A stretch of 64,000 nucleotides of DNA from the NCBI GenBank assembly GCA_963843845.1, contig CAWJMB010000002.1, positions 576,001-640,000 of the forward strand. Reading direction: 5' to 3'. The translations under genes and the position numbers were made by a program. Origin of the DNA: an uncultured Gemmatimonadaceae bacterium. Lineage in GTDB: Bacteria; Gemmatimonadota; Gemmatimonadetes; Gemmatimonadales; Gemmatimonadaceae. Within the stretch, counting starts at the first letter, position 1. Each line of letters opens with the position of its first letter. A model generated the notes under the pieces. That model did not search any database. It was not told the DNA's origin and was given only the letters and a program-made list of their open reading frames with translations. Positions 44,646 through 54,663 of this stretch are shown piece after piece.

Positions 44646-45470
44646 ATGAAGCGGAAGTCCATCGCCGCGTTGCTGTTGACCGCGGCCGCGGTCGCCCCGG
44701 CGATCGCCGGCGCGCAGCTACCCGTTCCGTGCCGGACCGACGTCGCGTCCGCAGGCGAGATTCGCACGAACGCGGTCGTCCCGATCGAGGCGCTCGTCGA
44801 GGCGCCGCGCGTGATCGTCTGCGTGAACGGCATCGGCTACACGATGAGCGAGTTCGTCATCAACGCCGACGGAACGTTCTCGATGCCGTTCACGACGCGG
44901 GATCTGGGCAACGGCTCGTCGTTCTCGCTGCAGTCGAGCGGAGACCGAGACCCGTTCGTCAACTTCCTGTTCGGCAGCACGGTGTCGTCTGCGACGGGCT
45001 CGATCACGTTCGACGCCTTCTTCTCGACCGGCTTCGTCGGCGGACCGTACAACACGGTCTCGACGACGGGCGGCGTGACGGTGTCGCCGGCCGGCATTCC
45101 CGGCACGGTGGGCACGGTCTCGACGGGATCGTATCCGGCGTACATCTCGGGCTACGTCAACGCGGTCAACGCCGGCGTCGACATCGGGACGGCGACCTGC
45201 ACGGCCACGGCGCCGGGCAGCACGACGTGCACGCAGCCGATGGCGATGGGAACGATCGCTCCGGTCACGGGCCCGGGGACGATGATGGCACGGCTCAGCT
45301 ATCAGCACTCGACGACCGGTCCAGCCGGCACCAGCACGTCGAGCACGGTCGGCTGGACGGGCGCGTTCAATCTCACTGCGACCTCGGTGCCGGAGCCGGC
45401 GACGGTCGGCCTCATGGCGACGGGGCTCGTGATGATCGCGGGCGTCGGGCTGCGCCGCCGCAGCGCCTGA
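44646..45470 (+). CDS. PEP-CTERM sorting-domain surface protein
   Basis: GGAGG RBS, signal peptide, Thr/Gly/Ser-rich body, C-terminal VPEPATVGLMATGLVMIAGVGLRRRSA. Confidence 0.92.
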   Translation: MKRKSIAALLLTAAAVAPAIAGAQLPVPCRTDVASAGEIRTNAVVPIEALVEAPRVIVCVNGIGYTMSEFVINADGTFSMPFTTRDLGNGSSFSLQSSGDRDPFVNFLFGSTVSSATGSITFDAFFSTGFVGGPYNTVSTTGGVTVSPAGIPGTVGTVSTGSYPAYISGYVNAVNAGVDIGTATCTATAPGSTTCTQPMAMGTIAPVTGPGTMMARLSYQHSTTGPAGTSTSSTVGWTGAFNLTATSVPEPATVGLMATGLVMIAGVGLRRRSA

Positions 45471-45483
45471 TCGGTTCACGGTA

Positions 45484-45571
45484 GCCGACGCCGTCGCTGC
45501 CCTCCGTTCGACGGCGTCGGCAGGCCATCGGACGGAAGCGCCCCGGTCGCGACATGCGACCGGGGCGCTTC
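45484..45571. terminator. Two tandem hairpins between convergent genes (probable bidirectional terminator)
   Basis: 13-bp stem 45484-45496/45509-45521 and 16-bp stem 45535-45550/45556-45571. Confidence 0.7.
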
Positions 45572-45599
45572 TGCATCGCGTGCGGTGTGCCGCGCCGAC

Positions 45600-47822
45600 T
45601 CAGACCGGGAACAGCATCTCCCGATACTTCGGCAGCGGCCACTGATCGTCCGGCAGCGACAGCTCGAGCGTGTCTGCCGCCTCGCGCACGGCGGCCATCG
45701 CGTCCGCCCCGTCGCTCGTCAGCAGCCGCGCGCACCCTGCCGGCTCGTCGTGCGACGACTCGGCCTGTGCGATCACGCCCTCGAGCGTCGCCGACGCCTC
45801 CTCGAGCGCCGTGACCTTCGCGCCGAGGCGCTCGGCCGCGGCGGCCTGCGGCACGCTCGCGATGCCGGCCGCGCGCGCGTGGGCGGCGCCGCGCGCGAGG
45901 TCGTTCAGGTAGCCGTACGCCGCCGGCAGCACGACCGTGTTCGTGAGCTGCGACAGCGTGTGCATCTCGATCAGCATGTCCTTCACGTACCGCTCGACGC
46001 GAACGTGGTAGCGGCTCTCGAGCTCCGCCTCCGAGAGCACACCGGTGCTCGCGAACACGGCGCGCGACGAGTCGGCGACGAGCTCCTCGAGCGCCTCCGG
46101 CGTGCGGCGCAGGTTCTTGAGGCCGCGCCCCTCCGCTTCGATCACCCACGCGTCCGAGTAGCCGTTCCCTTCGAAGCGCACCGGCGACGACCACTTGAAC
46201 GACTCGCGGACGACTTCGAGCACGGCGTCGTCGATGTCCTTGGTCGTCTTGAGCTGTGCCTGGAGCGTCGTCGTCAGCTCCTCGATCGCCTCGGCGACGG
46301 CGACGTTCAGGAGCATCACGGGAAACGCGATCGCCTGCGACGAGCCGACGGCGCGGAACTCGAACTTGTTCCCCGTGAACGCGAACGGCGACGTGCGGTT
46401 CCGGTCGGTGTTGTCCTTCTCGATGTCGGGCAGCTTCGCCACGCCGAGGTCGATGAGCTGCTGCGTCGCCGCCTTGTCGCGCGAGCGGCCACCGATGATG
46501 TCCTCGATCATCTGCGTCAGGGTGGCACCCATGAACACCGAGATGATCGCCGGCGGCGCCTCGTTCGCGCCGAGCCGGTGCTCGTTGCCGGCGGTCGCGA
46601 TGCCGGCGCGGAGGAGCCCGGCGTGTTTGTGCACCGCCTGCAACACCGCCGCGAGGAAGATCAGGAAGCGAAGGTTCTGGTGCGGCGTCTTGCCGGGCTT
46701 GAGCAGGTTCAGTCCGTCGAGCTCCGCGCTGTCCGCCGCGAGCGACATCGACCAGTTGCAGTGCTTGCCCGAGCCGTTGATGCCGGCGAACGGCTTCTCG
46801 TGCAGCAGCGCCTGCAGGCCGTGACGCAGCGCGACTTTGCGCAGCGTCGCCATGACGAGCTGGTTGTGGTCGACCGCGAGGTCGGTCTCCTCGAAGCGCG
46901 GCGCCATCTCGAACTGGCTCGGCGCGACTTCGTTGTGCCGCGTGATGATCGGCACGCCGAGCTTGTAGAGCTCGCGCTCGACTTCGGCGATGCACGCCGT
47001 GATGCGCTCGGGGATGTCGCCGAAATAGTGATCCTCGAGCTGCTGCCCGCGCGGCGGCGGCGCGCCCAGCAGCGTGCGGCCGGCCATGACGAGGTCGGGG
47101 CGCAGCGCGAACTGCGCGCGGTCGATCAGGAAGTACTCCTGCTCGGGCCCGAGCGTCGTGCCCACGCGCTGGATCCCCGTATCGCCGAGCAGCGAGAGCA
47201 GCGCCATCGCCTTCTGCGAGAGGACGTCCGAGCTGCGGAGCAGCGGTGTCATCTCGTCGAGTGCCTCGCCGTTGTAGCCGATGAACACCGACGGAATGCA
47301 CAGCGTACGCGTGCCCGGGCCTTCGACGATGAACACCGGGCTCGCCGGGTTCCACGCCGTGTAGCCGCGCGCCTCCCAAGTCGCGCGGAGGCCGCCCGAC
47401 GGAAAGCTCGACGCGTCCGGCTCGCTCTGGATCAGCTGCGCGGCGCTGAACGCCTCGATCGGCTGCTCCTCGTCGTCGAACGACAGAAAGGCATCGTGCT
47501 TCTCGGCGGTGAGGCCGGTCTGCGGAAGGAACCAGTGTGTGTAATGCGTCACTCCGCGCGACGTCGCCCACTCCTTGATCGCCTCGGCGACGGCGGGCGC
47601 GATCTCGGAATCGAGCTTCTTGCCGAGGCGGATGGTCGCCTGGAGCTTCTGAAAGACCTTCTTCGGCAGCTTGTCGCGCATCTGGCGCGGGCCGAACGTG
47701 TTCTCACCGAAGTACTTCGACGTCGCTCCCTGGCCGTCGCCGTTGTGGCGTGCCAGAGCAGCGGTGCGGCTCGTGATGTCGCGAATGGCGGCCTTGCGGG
47801 GGGCGGCTGGCGCGGTGGCCAT
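45600..47822 (-). CDS. glnN: Glutamine synthetase type III
   Basis: About 740 aa. THYTHWFLPQTGLTAEKHDAF, EPDASSFPSGGLRATWEARGYTAW, HNEVAPSQFE, HEKPFAGINGSGKHCNWS, DRNRTSPFAFTGNKFEFR. Confidence 0.95.
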   Translation of the reverse strand: MATAPAAPRKAAIRDITSRTAALARHNGDGQGATSKYFGENTFGPRQMRDKLPKKVFQKLQATIRLGKKLDSEIAPAVAEAIKEWATSRGVTHYTHWFLPQTGLTAEKHDAFLSFDDEEQPIEAFSAAQLIQSEPDASSFPSGGLRATWEARGYTAWNPASPVFIVEGPGTRTLCIPSVFIGYNGEALDEMTPLLRSSDVLSQKAMALLSLLGDTGIQRVGTTLGPEQEYFLIDRAQFALRPDLVMAGRTLLGAPPPRGQQLEDHYFGDIPERITACIAEVERELYKLGVPIITRHNEVAPSQFEMAPRFEETDLAVDHNQLVMATLRKVALRHGLQALLHEKPFAGINGSGKHCNWSMSLAADSAELDGLNLLKPGKTPHQNLRFLIFLAAVLQAVHKHAGLLRAGIATAGNEHRLGANEAPPAIISVFMGATLTQMIEDIIGGRSRDKAATQQLIDLGVAKLPDIEKDNTDRNRTSPFAFTGNKFEFRAVGSSQAIAFPVMLLNVAVAEAIEELTTTLQAQLKTTKDIDDAVLEVVRESFKWSSPVRFEGNGYSDAWVIEAEGRGLKNLRRTPEALEELVADSSRAVFASTGVLSEAELESRYHVRVERYVKDMLIEMHTLSQLTNTVVLPAAYGYLNDLARGAAHARAAGIASVPQAAAAERLGAKVTALEEASATLEGVIAQAESSHDEPAGCARLLTSDGADAMAAVREAADTLELSLPDDQWPLPKYREMLFPV

Positions 47823-48020
47823 GAAAACGGGGCTCCGGAGCGATGGGGGTGAGCGGCGTACGTCACATGAGACGGTCGATGTGCGGACGCCGTCACTGAG
47901 AACGCGTGTACTGCACATCGTGCAGAATATACAACGAACGGCCGGTTTTTTCCCACCCGGACCGTCGAATGTTACGAAACGTCGTTTCGTTTGCGCACCG
48001 ATCGCGCGACTTGGCGGACG

Positions 48021-48602
48021 CTACGGCGACCTGGTCGCTGGGAGGGGCTGCGCCGTCGGACGGACCGCGTCGACGTCCGGGTTCGGCTGCGGGGCGCCCC
48101 CCTCGATCGCGAGCGAGAGGCGCTCGATCGCGTGCTCGTTCAGCGTGAGCAGAATCGCGAGCAGGTTCCCGGAGCGCACGAACGTCGGCCGCACAGGCCA
48201 GTCGCGCGTCGTTCCGCGGGGCGCGCCGACGGTCGTGTCGATCGCCGCGAGATCGCGCGCCAGGCGCGTCGTGTCGTCGTAGAAGAACGCCTCGACGTCC
48301 GCGCGCCCCGCCGTGTAGCGAAGCCCCGGCACGCCGAGGAAGTCATAGTGCGCGGAGTCCGGCTTCAGAGTCACCACGAGGCCCGATCGCTCGATCCGGT
48401 CGACGAACGAGCAGGGGCGCCAGCGGCCATCGTGAAGGCAGCCGTTCGGACCCATCGTCGCGCGCGGCGCCATGTTCACCGTCGGCGTCACCGGCGCGAC
48501 CACCGGGGCGGCTGGCCGGGCGGGCGCCGCAGGCTTCTGCTCGCCTCCACCGCACGCGACGAGCGCGAGCGTGGCCAGCGACCCGGCGCGCCGAACGCTC
48601 AT
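48021..48602 (-). CDS. Hypothetical lipoprotein
   Basis: Lipobox LALVAC after a short basic N-terminus. Confidence 0.7.
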   Translation of the reverse strand: MSVRRAGSLATLALVACGGGEQKPAAPARPAAPVVAPVTPTVNMAPRATMGPNGCLHDGRWRPCSFVDRIERSGLVVTLKPDSAHYDFLGVPGLRYTAGRADVEAFFYDDTTRLARDLAAIDTTVGAPRGTTRDWPVRPTFVRSGNLLAILLTLNEHAIERLSLAIEGGAPQPNPDVDAVRPTAQPLPATRSP

Positions 48603-48812
48603 GCGCCGACGTCGAGCGCGGGGCCGTTCGGGCCGCGACGGTGATGCCCCGGCTCGTCCGTGTACTCGTCGGGCGACCGGGCGAAGGGCGGGTGCGGTGG
48701 AGTGTCGGGACTGTCGGAAGTCGGGACTCGGGGTTCGGACGCCGCCTCGGTCCCGGGTTCCGGGTCCCGAGGCCCGGCCGTTCCGCGAGCCCCGGCAGTG
48801 TCAGCCTGCGAT

Positions 48813-49451
48813 TCAGAACGTGACATGGAGTCCTCCTTCCGCGACGAAGTTGAAGGTCGTCGACGCGCCGACGATGATGGGCGTCCGCAGGTCGCCCCGC
48901 AGTCCGACGCCCGCCACGAGTGGAATGCGCGTGCCGACAGCAGGCGTGAACGCGAAATCGGTGCGCGAGATGCGGCCGCGGCTTCCCGGCGTCGTGAGCG
49001 AACTCTCGCGCGACGTGCGGAACAGCCCGAGCGCGAGCGCGAAGAACGGATCGAGGCGCCCGCCGAGCGGGCGGGCGAGGAGCGAGACGTCGCTCTCGAG
49101 CCCGGCGTGCAGCGTCGTGACGTTCGGCGACCCCTGCTTCGGCGTGTAGGTCGCGAACGCGCCGCCGACGGTGCGGTCGGCGAGCGTGCGGCTGCCGCGA
49201 CGCTCGTCACGCGCCCCGACGACGCGCACGCCGAATCCGCCGAGTCGCACGCTGCCCGCGCCGATCTGGTTGTCGATCCAGCTCCGCGCGGCGTATCCCT
49301 CGACGACGTACCGCGCGGACCGCTCTCCGGGCTGCATCTCGGCCTGCGCGGAGGCGCGGCCGGACGGGAGCACGAGGACGGCGGTCGCGGCGCTCGCGGC
49401 GGTCAGAATGGCCGCGACATCGCTCGGTCGGGAGGGGCGCGGAGTGCTCAT
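48813..49451 (-). CDS. Putative small outer-membrane beta-barrel protein
   Basis: Signal peptide ending ASA, alternating beta-strand patterns, C-terminal ...GGLHVTF (terminal Phe). Confidence 0.65.
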   Translation of the reverse strand: MSTPRPSRPSDVAAILTAASAATAVLVLPSGRASAQAEMQPGERSARYVVEGYAARSWIDNQIGAGSVRLGGFGVRVVGARDERRGSRTLADRTVGGAFATYTPKQGSPNVTTLHAGLESDVSLLARPLGGRLDPFFALALGLFRTSRESSLTTPGSRGRISRTDFAFTPAVGTRIPLVAGVGLRGDLRTPIIVGASTTFNFVAEGGLHVTF

Positions 49452-49600
49452 GACGGCGCGGTGAAACGATGGATCGGGGGGCGGTCCGACGGGTGACCCG
49501 CCGAGAACTCCGGACCACGCGAAGTGTACCACGAAGGCGTCCGCACGTGGTGCGCGAAGCGCGCGGATCGACATCGGAACGACTGGACTGGACTCGGAGG

Positions 49601-49933
49601 ATGGACGTGGCAGCAGACAGTTCGACGCTCCCGCGCTCGGCGGGGGCGCTCGTCGACTTCGACGCGCTCGGCGGCGTCGACCTCGACCGCCTGGAGCGGA
49701 GCCTCGCGCTCGAGGCACACCGCGTGGGACGCGGCCGGTTTCGCGTGACCGGCGGAGAGTCGGTGCACTGGGTGGACCTGTACACGACCGCGTACCCGCG
49801 CTGCGACTGCGGCGATCACGTGTGGCGCGAGCAGCTGTGCAAGCACATTCTCGCGGCGTTGCTGCGGGAGGGGGACGAGCGAGTCGTGCGAGCGCTCGGG
49901 CAGTTGGCAGTGCGGTGGAGACGGGCGGCCTGA
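49601..49933 (+). CDS. Small SWIM zinc-finger protein
   Basis: GGAGG before ATG, CDCGD...LCKHILAA (CxC-xn-CxH). Confidence 0.82.
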   Translation: MDVAADSSTLPRSAGALVDFDALGGVDLDRLERSLALEAHRVGRGRFRVTGGESVHWVDLYTTAYPRCDCGDHVWREQLCKHILAALLREGDERVVRALGQLAVRWRRAA

Positions 49934-49966
49934 ACGTGACACGGTGGACGGCCGGACCGACTGCCG

Positions 49967-51136
49967 TCAGCCACGCAACCGCGCGACGAGCGCATCGAGA
50001 TCGTCCGCGGTCGGCACCCTGCCTTGCGCCAGCCGCGCCGACCCGCCGCCCTTCCCGCCGAGCGCGGCGAGTGCCCCCTTGAGCCGCGCCCCCGCGTCGA
50101 CCCCGCTGTCCGCGGCCGCCGCGACGAGCACTGCGGCCGGCTGGGTGCCGACCGCGACGAACACCCCGCCCGGCTGCTCCGCGACCGCGACCGCCAGCGT
50201 GCGCATCGCGTCCACCGGGCCGTCGACGTGGCGCACGACCCATCGCGCGCCGCCCGCGTCCGGCTCGACCGCCGCACACAGCGCCGCGGCCTGCAGCGCC
50301 GCCAGGTCGCGTGCCAGCCGCTCGCCCTGGGCGTGCAGCGCGCGCACCTCTTCCGCCTGTGCGCGCACGAGCGGCGCGACTCCGTCGACCGCCGCCGAGA
50401 ACTCGGCGGCGACGTCGGCGAGCGCGTCGTAATCGGCCCGCGCCCGCCGCGCCGCGCGCACGCCGCACACGAACTCCACACGCGCGTGGTGCCGGACCCG
50501 CTCGACGCGCCGCAGCAGGACGGCGCCGATCCGCGCCGTCGACGCGACGTGCGTCCCGCCGCAGGCGCTCCGGTCCACACCCTCGATCGTGACGATGCGC
50601 AGTTCGCCCCCGCGCTCGCTCGGCTTGCGCAGCCCGGTCGCCGTCGCGGCGTCCTCGAACGACACGCGGACCGGCACGTCCTCCGCGACGAGCGCGTTCG
50701 CCCGCGCTTCGATGGCGAGCAGCTCGTCGCGGTCGAGTGCCGGCACGGCGAGCTCGATCGTCGACAGCTCCGCCCCGAAGTGCACGCTCGCGGTCTCGGC
50801 ACCGAGGAGATCGGAGAAGAGCGCCGAGAGCAGGTGCTGGCCGGTGTGCTGCTGCATGTGATCCAGGCGCCGCGCGCCGTCGACCGTGCAGACGATCGCC
50901 GCGCCTGACGGTACCGCGAGCGGCGCGGCGATCACGTGCGCCACCCGCTCCCCGTCGTCGATCACGTCGACGACCGGGACGCCGCCCAGCAGTCCGCGGT
51001 CGTGCGGCTGTCCGCCGGAGGTCGGGTAGAACGCCGTCCGGTCGAGGTACACGCGGCGGCCGTCGTCGCTCACGGCGGCGACGTGCGCGTCGAACGTGAG
51101 GAGGGCGGAGTCCGTGTAGTAGAGGCGCGTCGTCAT
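49967..51136 (-). CDS. AlaX-type alanyl-tRNA editing protein with DHHA1 domain
   Basis: TAFYPTSGGQPHD, MQQHTGQHLLS, ACGGTHV, GGKGGG. Confidence 0.92.
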   Translation of the reverse strand: MTTRLYYTDSALLTFDAHVAAVSDDGRRVYLDRTAFYPTSGGQPHDRGLLGGVPVVDVIDDGERVAHVIAAPLAVPSGAAIVCTVDGARRLDHMQQHTGQHLLSALFSDLLGAETASVHFGAELSTIELAVPALDRDELLAIEARANALVAEDVPVRVSFEDAATATGLRKPSERGGELRIVTIEGVDRSACGGTHVASTARIGAVLLRRVERVRHHARVEFVCGVRAARRARADYDALADVAAEFSAAVDGVAPLVRAQAEEVRALHAQGERLARDLAALQAAALCAAVEPDAGGARWVVRHVDGPVDAMRTLAVAVAEQPGGVFVAVGTQPAAVLVAAAADSGVDAGARLKGALAALGGKGGGSARLAQGRVPTADDLDALVARLRG

Positions 51137-51275
51137 GCGCGAACGGAATCGGTTCGTGGTGGGGGATGCGATGCGAGCTGCCGGAGTGCCGGCGACGGTC
51201 GGCGGACGGCCGACAGCCCGCAGTCCGCGTCCCGCCCCTGCCGGTGCGTTCCGCCGCCAGTCGGCAGGTCAGTCG

Positions 51276-52439
51276 TCACGAGTCGGCGAGCGCAGCGACG
51301 AGGTCGTCGATCAGGTCGTCCGCGGCCTCGATCCCGACCGACACCCGAAGCAGATCGTGTGGCGTCGTCGTCTCCGGATTCTCGTTCGACGCGCGGTGCT
51401 CGATGAGACTCTCGACCCCGCCGAGGCTCGTCGCCCGCGAGAAGAGCCGACAGCGCGCGACGACCGCCATCGCCACGTCACGCCCGCCGCGGATCTGGAC
51501 CGAGAGCATCCCGCCGAACCGCGGCACCCCGTCGGCCGCCATCTGCGCCGCGGCGACGGCGTGCCCGGGGTGCGCCTCGAGTCCCGGATAGTGCACTGCC
51601 GCCACGCGCGGGTGCGTGGCGAGGGCGCGGGCGATCGCGAGCGCGCTGTCCGACTGCGTGCGGACGCGGAGCGCGAGCGTGCGGATGCCGCGTAGCAGCA
51701 GCCAGCAGTCGAACGGCGACGGAACGGCGCCGGCGCGCTGCTGCACGGCGCGGACGCGCGCGAACAGCTCGCCGAGCGCGCCGTCGAGCGTGCGGACGAT
51801 CAGCGCCCCGCCCAGGACGTCCGAGTGTCCGCCGAGGTACTTCGTCGTCGAGTGCATGACGATGTCGGCGCCGAGCGCGAGCGGGCGCGAGATCGCGGGC
51901 GACGCCCACGTGTTGTCGCAGGCGACGAGCGCACCGTGGCGGCGCGCGCAGGCGACCGTCGCCGCGATGTCCGTGATGCGCAGCAGGGGGTTCGACGGCG
52001 TCTCGATCCACACGACCTTCGGCGACCGCTCCGGATACTCGGCGAGCGCGGCGTCGACGGCGGCCGGATCGGTCGCGTCGACGAAGGTCACGGCGAGCCC
52101 CCACGGTGCGAACAGCTCGCGCAGCACGAGCCCGGTGCCGAAGTAGGCGTCGTTCGCCGCGACGACGTGCGCGCCGGGGCCTACCGCGTGGAACAGCGCG
52201 CTCGTCGCCGCCTGGCCGGACGCGAAGGCGGCCGCGTCGGCGCCGCCGTCGAGCGCCGCGAGGCACCGCTCGAGCTCCGCGCGCGTCGGGTTCGTCGTGC
52301 GTGTGTAGACGTGGCCGTGCGGGTAGCTCCCGTCGGGCGCGCGGACGAACGTCGTCGTGAGATGGATCGGCGCCGTCACGGCGCCGGCGTCGCGCGCCTC
52401 GGGGGCGCCGGCGTGCACGGCGAGGGTATCGAACAACAC
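51276..52439 (-). CDS. Cys/Met metabolism PLP enzyme (cystathionine gamma-synthase/lyase family)
   Basis: YTRTTNPT, ETPSNP, DNTW, HSTTKYLGGHSD, SLGGVESL, RVSVGIE. Confidence 0.93.
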   Translation of the reverse strand: MLFDTLAVHAGAPEARDAGAVTAPIHLTTTFVRAPDGSYPHGHVYTRTTNPTRAELERCLAALDGGADAAAFASGQAATSALFHAVGPGAHVVAANDAYFGTGLVLRELFAPWGLAVTFVDATDPAAVDAALAEYPERSPKVVWIETPSNPLLRITDIAATVACARRHGALVACDNTWASPAISRPLALGADIVMHSTTKYLGGHSDVLGGALIVRTLDGALGELFARVRAVQQRAGAVPSPFDCWLLLRGIRTLALRVRTQSDSALAIARALATHPRVAAVHYPGLEAHPGHAVAAAQMAADGVPRFGGMLSVQIRGGRDVAMAVVARCRLFSRATSLGGVESLIEHRASNENPETTTPHDLLRVSVGIEAADDLIDDLVAALADS

Positions 52440-52529
52440 GATGCGGCGGGGACGGAGGGCGGGGGCGGAACGGCGGGGACGGAAGCGCGCGCGCGCGACC
52501 CAAGCTACGTCGCGGTTAGATTCGCCGGC

Positions 52530-53045
52530 ATGCTCGACGGACATCTGCACCGGTTCTGCGGCGGCCGCTATCAGGCGGCTGCCGAAGTCGTCACGATCCG
52601 CGTCAGCGGCATGAGCGCCGAGGTGACGCGCGAGCTGTATCGCTGCGGGAAGTGCGCGGACGAGCAACGCACCGTCGAGCAGCGCGAGGCCGCGGAGCGC
52701 GCGGCGATCGAGCGGATTCGCGCCGCACACGCGCTGCTCACCCCGAAGGCGATCCGACAGCTCCGCGAGTCGACCGGCCTCACGCCGGCGCAGTTCGGCG
52801 AGCTGCTCTACGGCACGCCGCGCGGCATCGTCGAAGGGTGGGAGCGCGGACGATACGTGCAGAACCGCGACACCGACGCGCTGCTCCGCACCCTGCGCGA
52901 CCGTGAGACCCTCGAGCGGCGGGCCGCGAAGGCCGGCGTCACGCTTCCTGCACCGGAAACGCCCGGCGCACCGGTGGCATCTCCGCCCTCGGCTTCCGCG
53001 ACACGCCCCGACGCGCCCGTATCAGGCGCTCCCGACGGCGTGTAG
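52530..53045 (+). CDS. MqsA-like zinc-finger plus HTH-XRE regulator/antitoxin
   Basis: HRFC...YRCGKC, LLTPKAIRQLRESTGLTPAQFGELL...WERG...DALLR. Confidence 0.75.
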   Translation: MLDGHLHRFCGGRYQAAAEVVTIRVSGMSAEVTRELYRCGKCADEQRTVEQREAAERAAIERIRAAHALLTPKAIRQLRESTGLTPAQFGELLYGTPRGIVEGWERGRYVQNRDTDALLRTLRDRETLERRAAKAGVTLPAPETPGAPVASPPSASATRPDAPVSGAPDGV

Positions 53046-53069
53046 TATTTCGCGATTCTCCTGGCGACC

Positions 53070-54629
53070 ATGACGACGACCGCGATGCCCGAGCCGACGA
53101 CAGCGACGCCCGACACCCCGACGGCCACCTCTCCGCTCCTCGCGCGCGACGGCCGCTCCGCGAGCATCGTGCACGTCGTCGCCGAGCTCGCGCCGTACGC
53201 GCGCACCGGCGGGCTCGGCGAGGCGGTGCAGAGTCTCGCGGCGTTCCAGGCGGCGAACGGCGTCCCGACCTCGATCGTCATCCCACTCTACCGCCAGGCG
53301 CTCTCCCGCCTGCCGACGCTCGTTCCGGTCGGCGACCCATACGACGTGCAGGTCGGCCCGCGGCGCGAGACCGCGCAGCTCTACACGACGCCGAGCGACG
53401 GCCCACCGCGTGGCACCCAGGAGCGCCGCCGCCGCCGCCGCGCCCAGCACTATTTCGTCGCCAACGAGCAGTACTTCAACCGCGCCGCGATCTACGGCGA
53501 GGGGGGAGACTACCCGGACAATCACCGGCGCTTCGCGTTCCTCGCCGCCGCCACGCTCGCCGCGCTGCCGCGCATCACGCAGGCGCCGCTCATCCTGCAC
53601 GCGCACGACTGGCACGCCGCGCTCGCCCCGATCTACCTGCGCACGTGGTACGCGAACCAGCCGTTCTACCGCGACGTGTCCACGGTGCTCTCGGTCCACA
53701 ACGCCGGCTTCCAGGGGCACTACGGCGCGGACGTGCTCCCCGACATCGGGCTGCCGTGGGAGCTGTTCAACTGGCGCTACCTCGAGTGGTACGGCAAGGC
53801 GAACCTGCTGAAAGGCGGGATGTCGTTCGCCGACGCGGTCACGACCGTCAGCCCGACGCACGCCACCGAGCTGCGTACCCCCGCCGGCGGCTTCGGCCTG
53901 CACGACCATTTCCTGGGGCTCGGCGAACGCTTCCTCGGGATCGTGAACGGGATCGACCAGACGATCTGGGACCCGTCGACCGACCCGCACATCGCCGCGC
54001 CCTACTCCGCGGCCGACCCGTCGGGGAAGCGCGCCTGCCGCCGCGCGCTGCAGCAGGCCTACGGCCTTCCGGTGCGCGACGACGTGCCGATCTTCGCGAT
54101 GGCGGCGCGCCTCGTCTGGCAGAAAGGGATGGACCTCATCCTCGCCGAGACCGGCCTCTTCGATCTCGACGCGCAGTTCATCTTCCTCGGCGCCGGCGAA
54201 GCGCGCTACGAGAACGCGCTGCGGCGGTGGGCGCAGCGCGCACCCGATCGCGTGCGCGCCGACACGAGCTTCAACGACCCGGCCGAGCACCGGCTCATGG
54301 CGGGCGCCGACGTATGTCTCATGCCCTGCCAGTACGAGCCGTGCGGTCTCACGCAGATGCGCGCGCAGCGGTACGGCACGCTCCCGCTCGTGCGCGCCGT
54401 CGGCGGCCTCGCCGACACCGTCGACGACGACGCGACGGGGTTCGTGTTCCGGGCGTACGAGCCGCTCGCCTTCGTCGCGACCGTGATCCGCGCGATCCGC
54501 ACGTATCAGGAGCGCGGCACGTGGCAGCGCATGATGAGCGAGGCGATGAACCGCGACTTCGGGTGGGAGCGGAGCGAGGAGCGGTATCTCGCGGTGTACC
54601 GGCAGGTGATGCGGCGGGCGGGCGCCTGA
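53070..54629 (+). CDS. glgA: Glycogen synthase (GT5)
   Basis: ARTGGLGE, HAHDWH, HNAGFQG, GIVNGID, QKGMDL, YEPCGLTQM, VGGLADTV. Confidence 0.95.
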   Translation: MTTTAMPEPTTATPDTPTATSPLLARDGRSASIVHVVAELAPYARTGGLGEAVQSLAAFQAANGVPTSIVIPLYRQALSRLPTLVPVGDPYDVQVGPRRETAQLYTTPSDGPPRGTQERRRRRRAQHYFVANEQYFNRAAIYGEGGDYPDNHRRFAFLAAATLAALPRITQAPLILHAHDWHAALAPIYLRTWYANQPFYRDVSTVLSVHNAGFQGHYGADVLPDIGLPWELFNWRYLEWYGKANLLKGGMSFADAVTTVSPTHATELRTPAGGFGLHDHFLGLGERFLGIVNGIDQTIWDPSTDPHIAAPYSAADPSGKRACRRALQQAYGLPVRDDVPIFAMAARLVWQKGMDLILAETGLFDLDAQFIFLGAGEARYENALRRWAQRAPDRVRADTSFNDPAEHRLMAGADVCLMPCQYEPCGLTQMRAQRYGTLPLVRAVGGLADTVDDDATGFVFRAYEPLAFVATVIRAIRTYQERGTWQRMMSEAMNRDFGWERSEERYLAVYRQVMRRAGA

Positions 54630-54663
54630 CCGATCGTCACCGCAGATCGCGGATGCGTTCGCT

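Noticed and set aside
45585..47852. Long plus-strand ORF (755 aa) and many similar Arg/Ala-rich ORFs across the window
   Set aside because: Antisense or off-frame shadows of real genes, expected in very GC-rich DNA with few stop codons.
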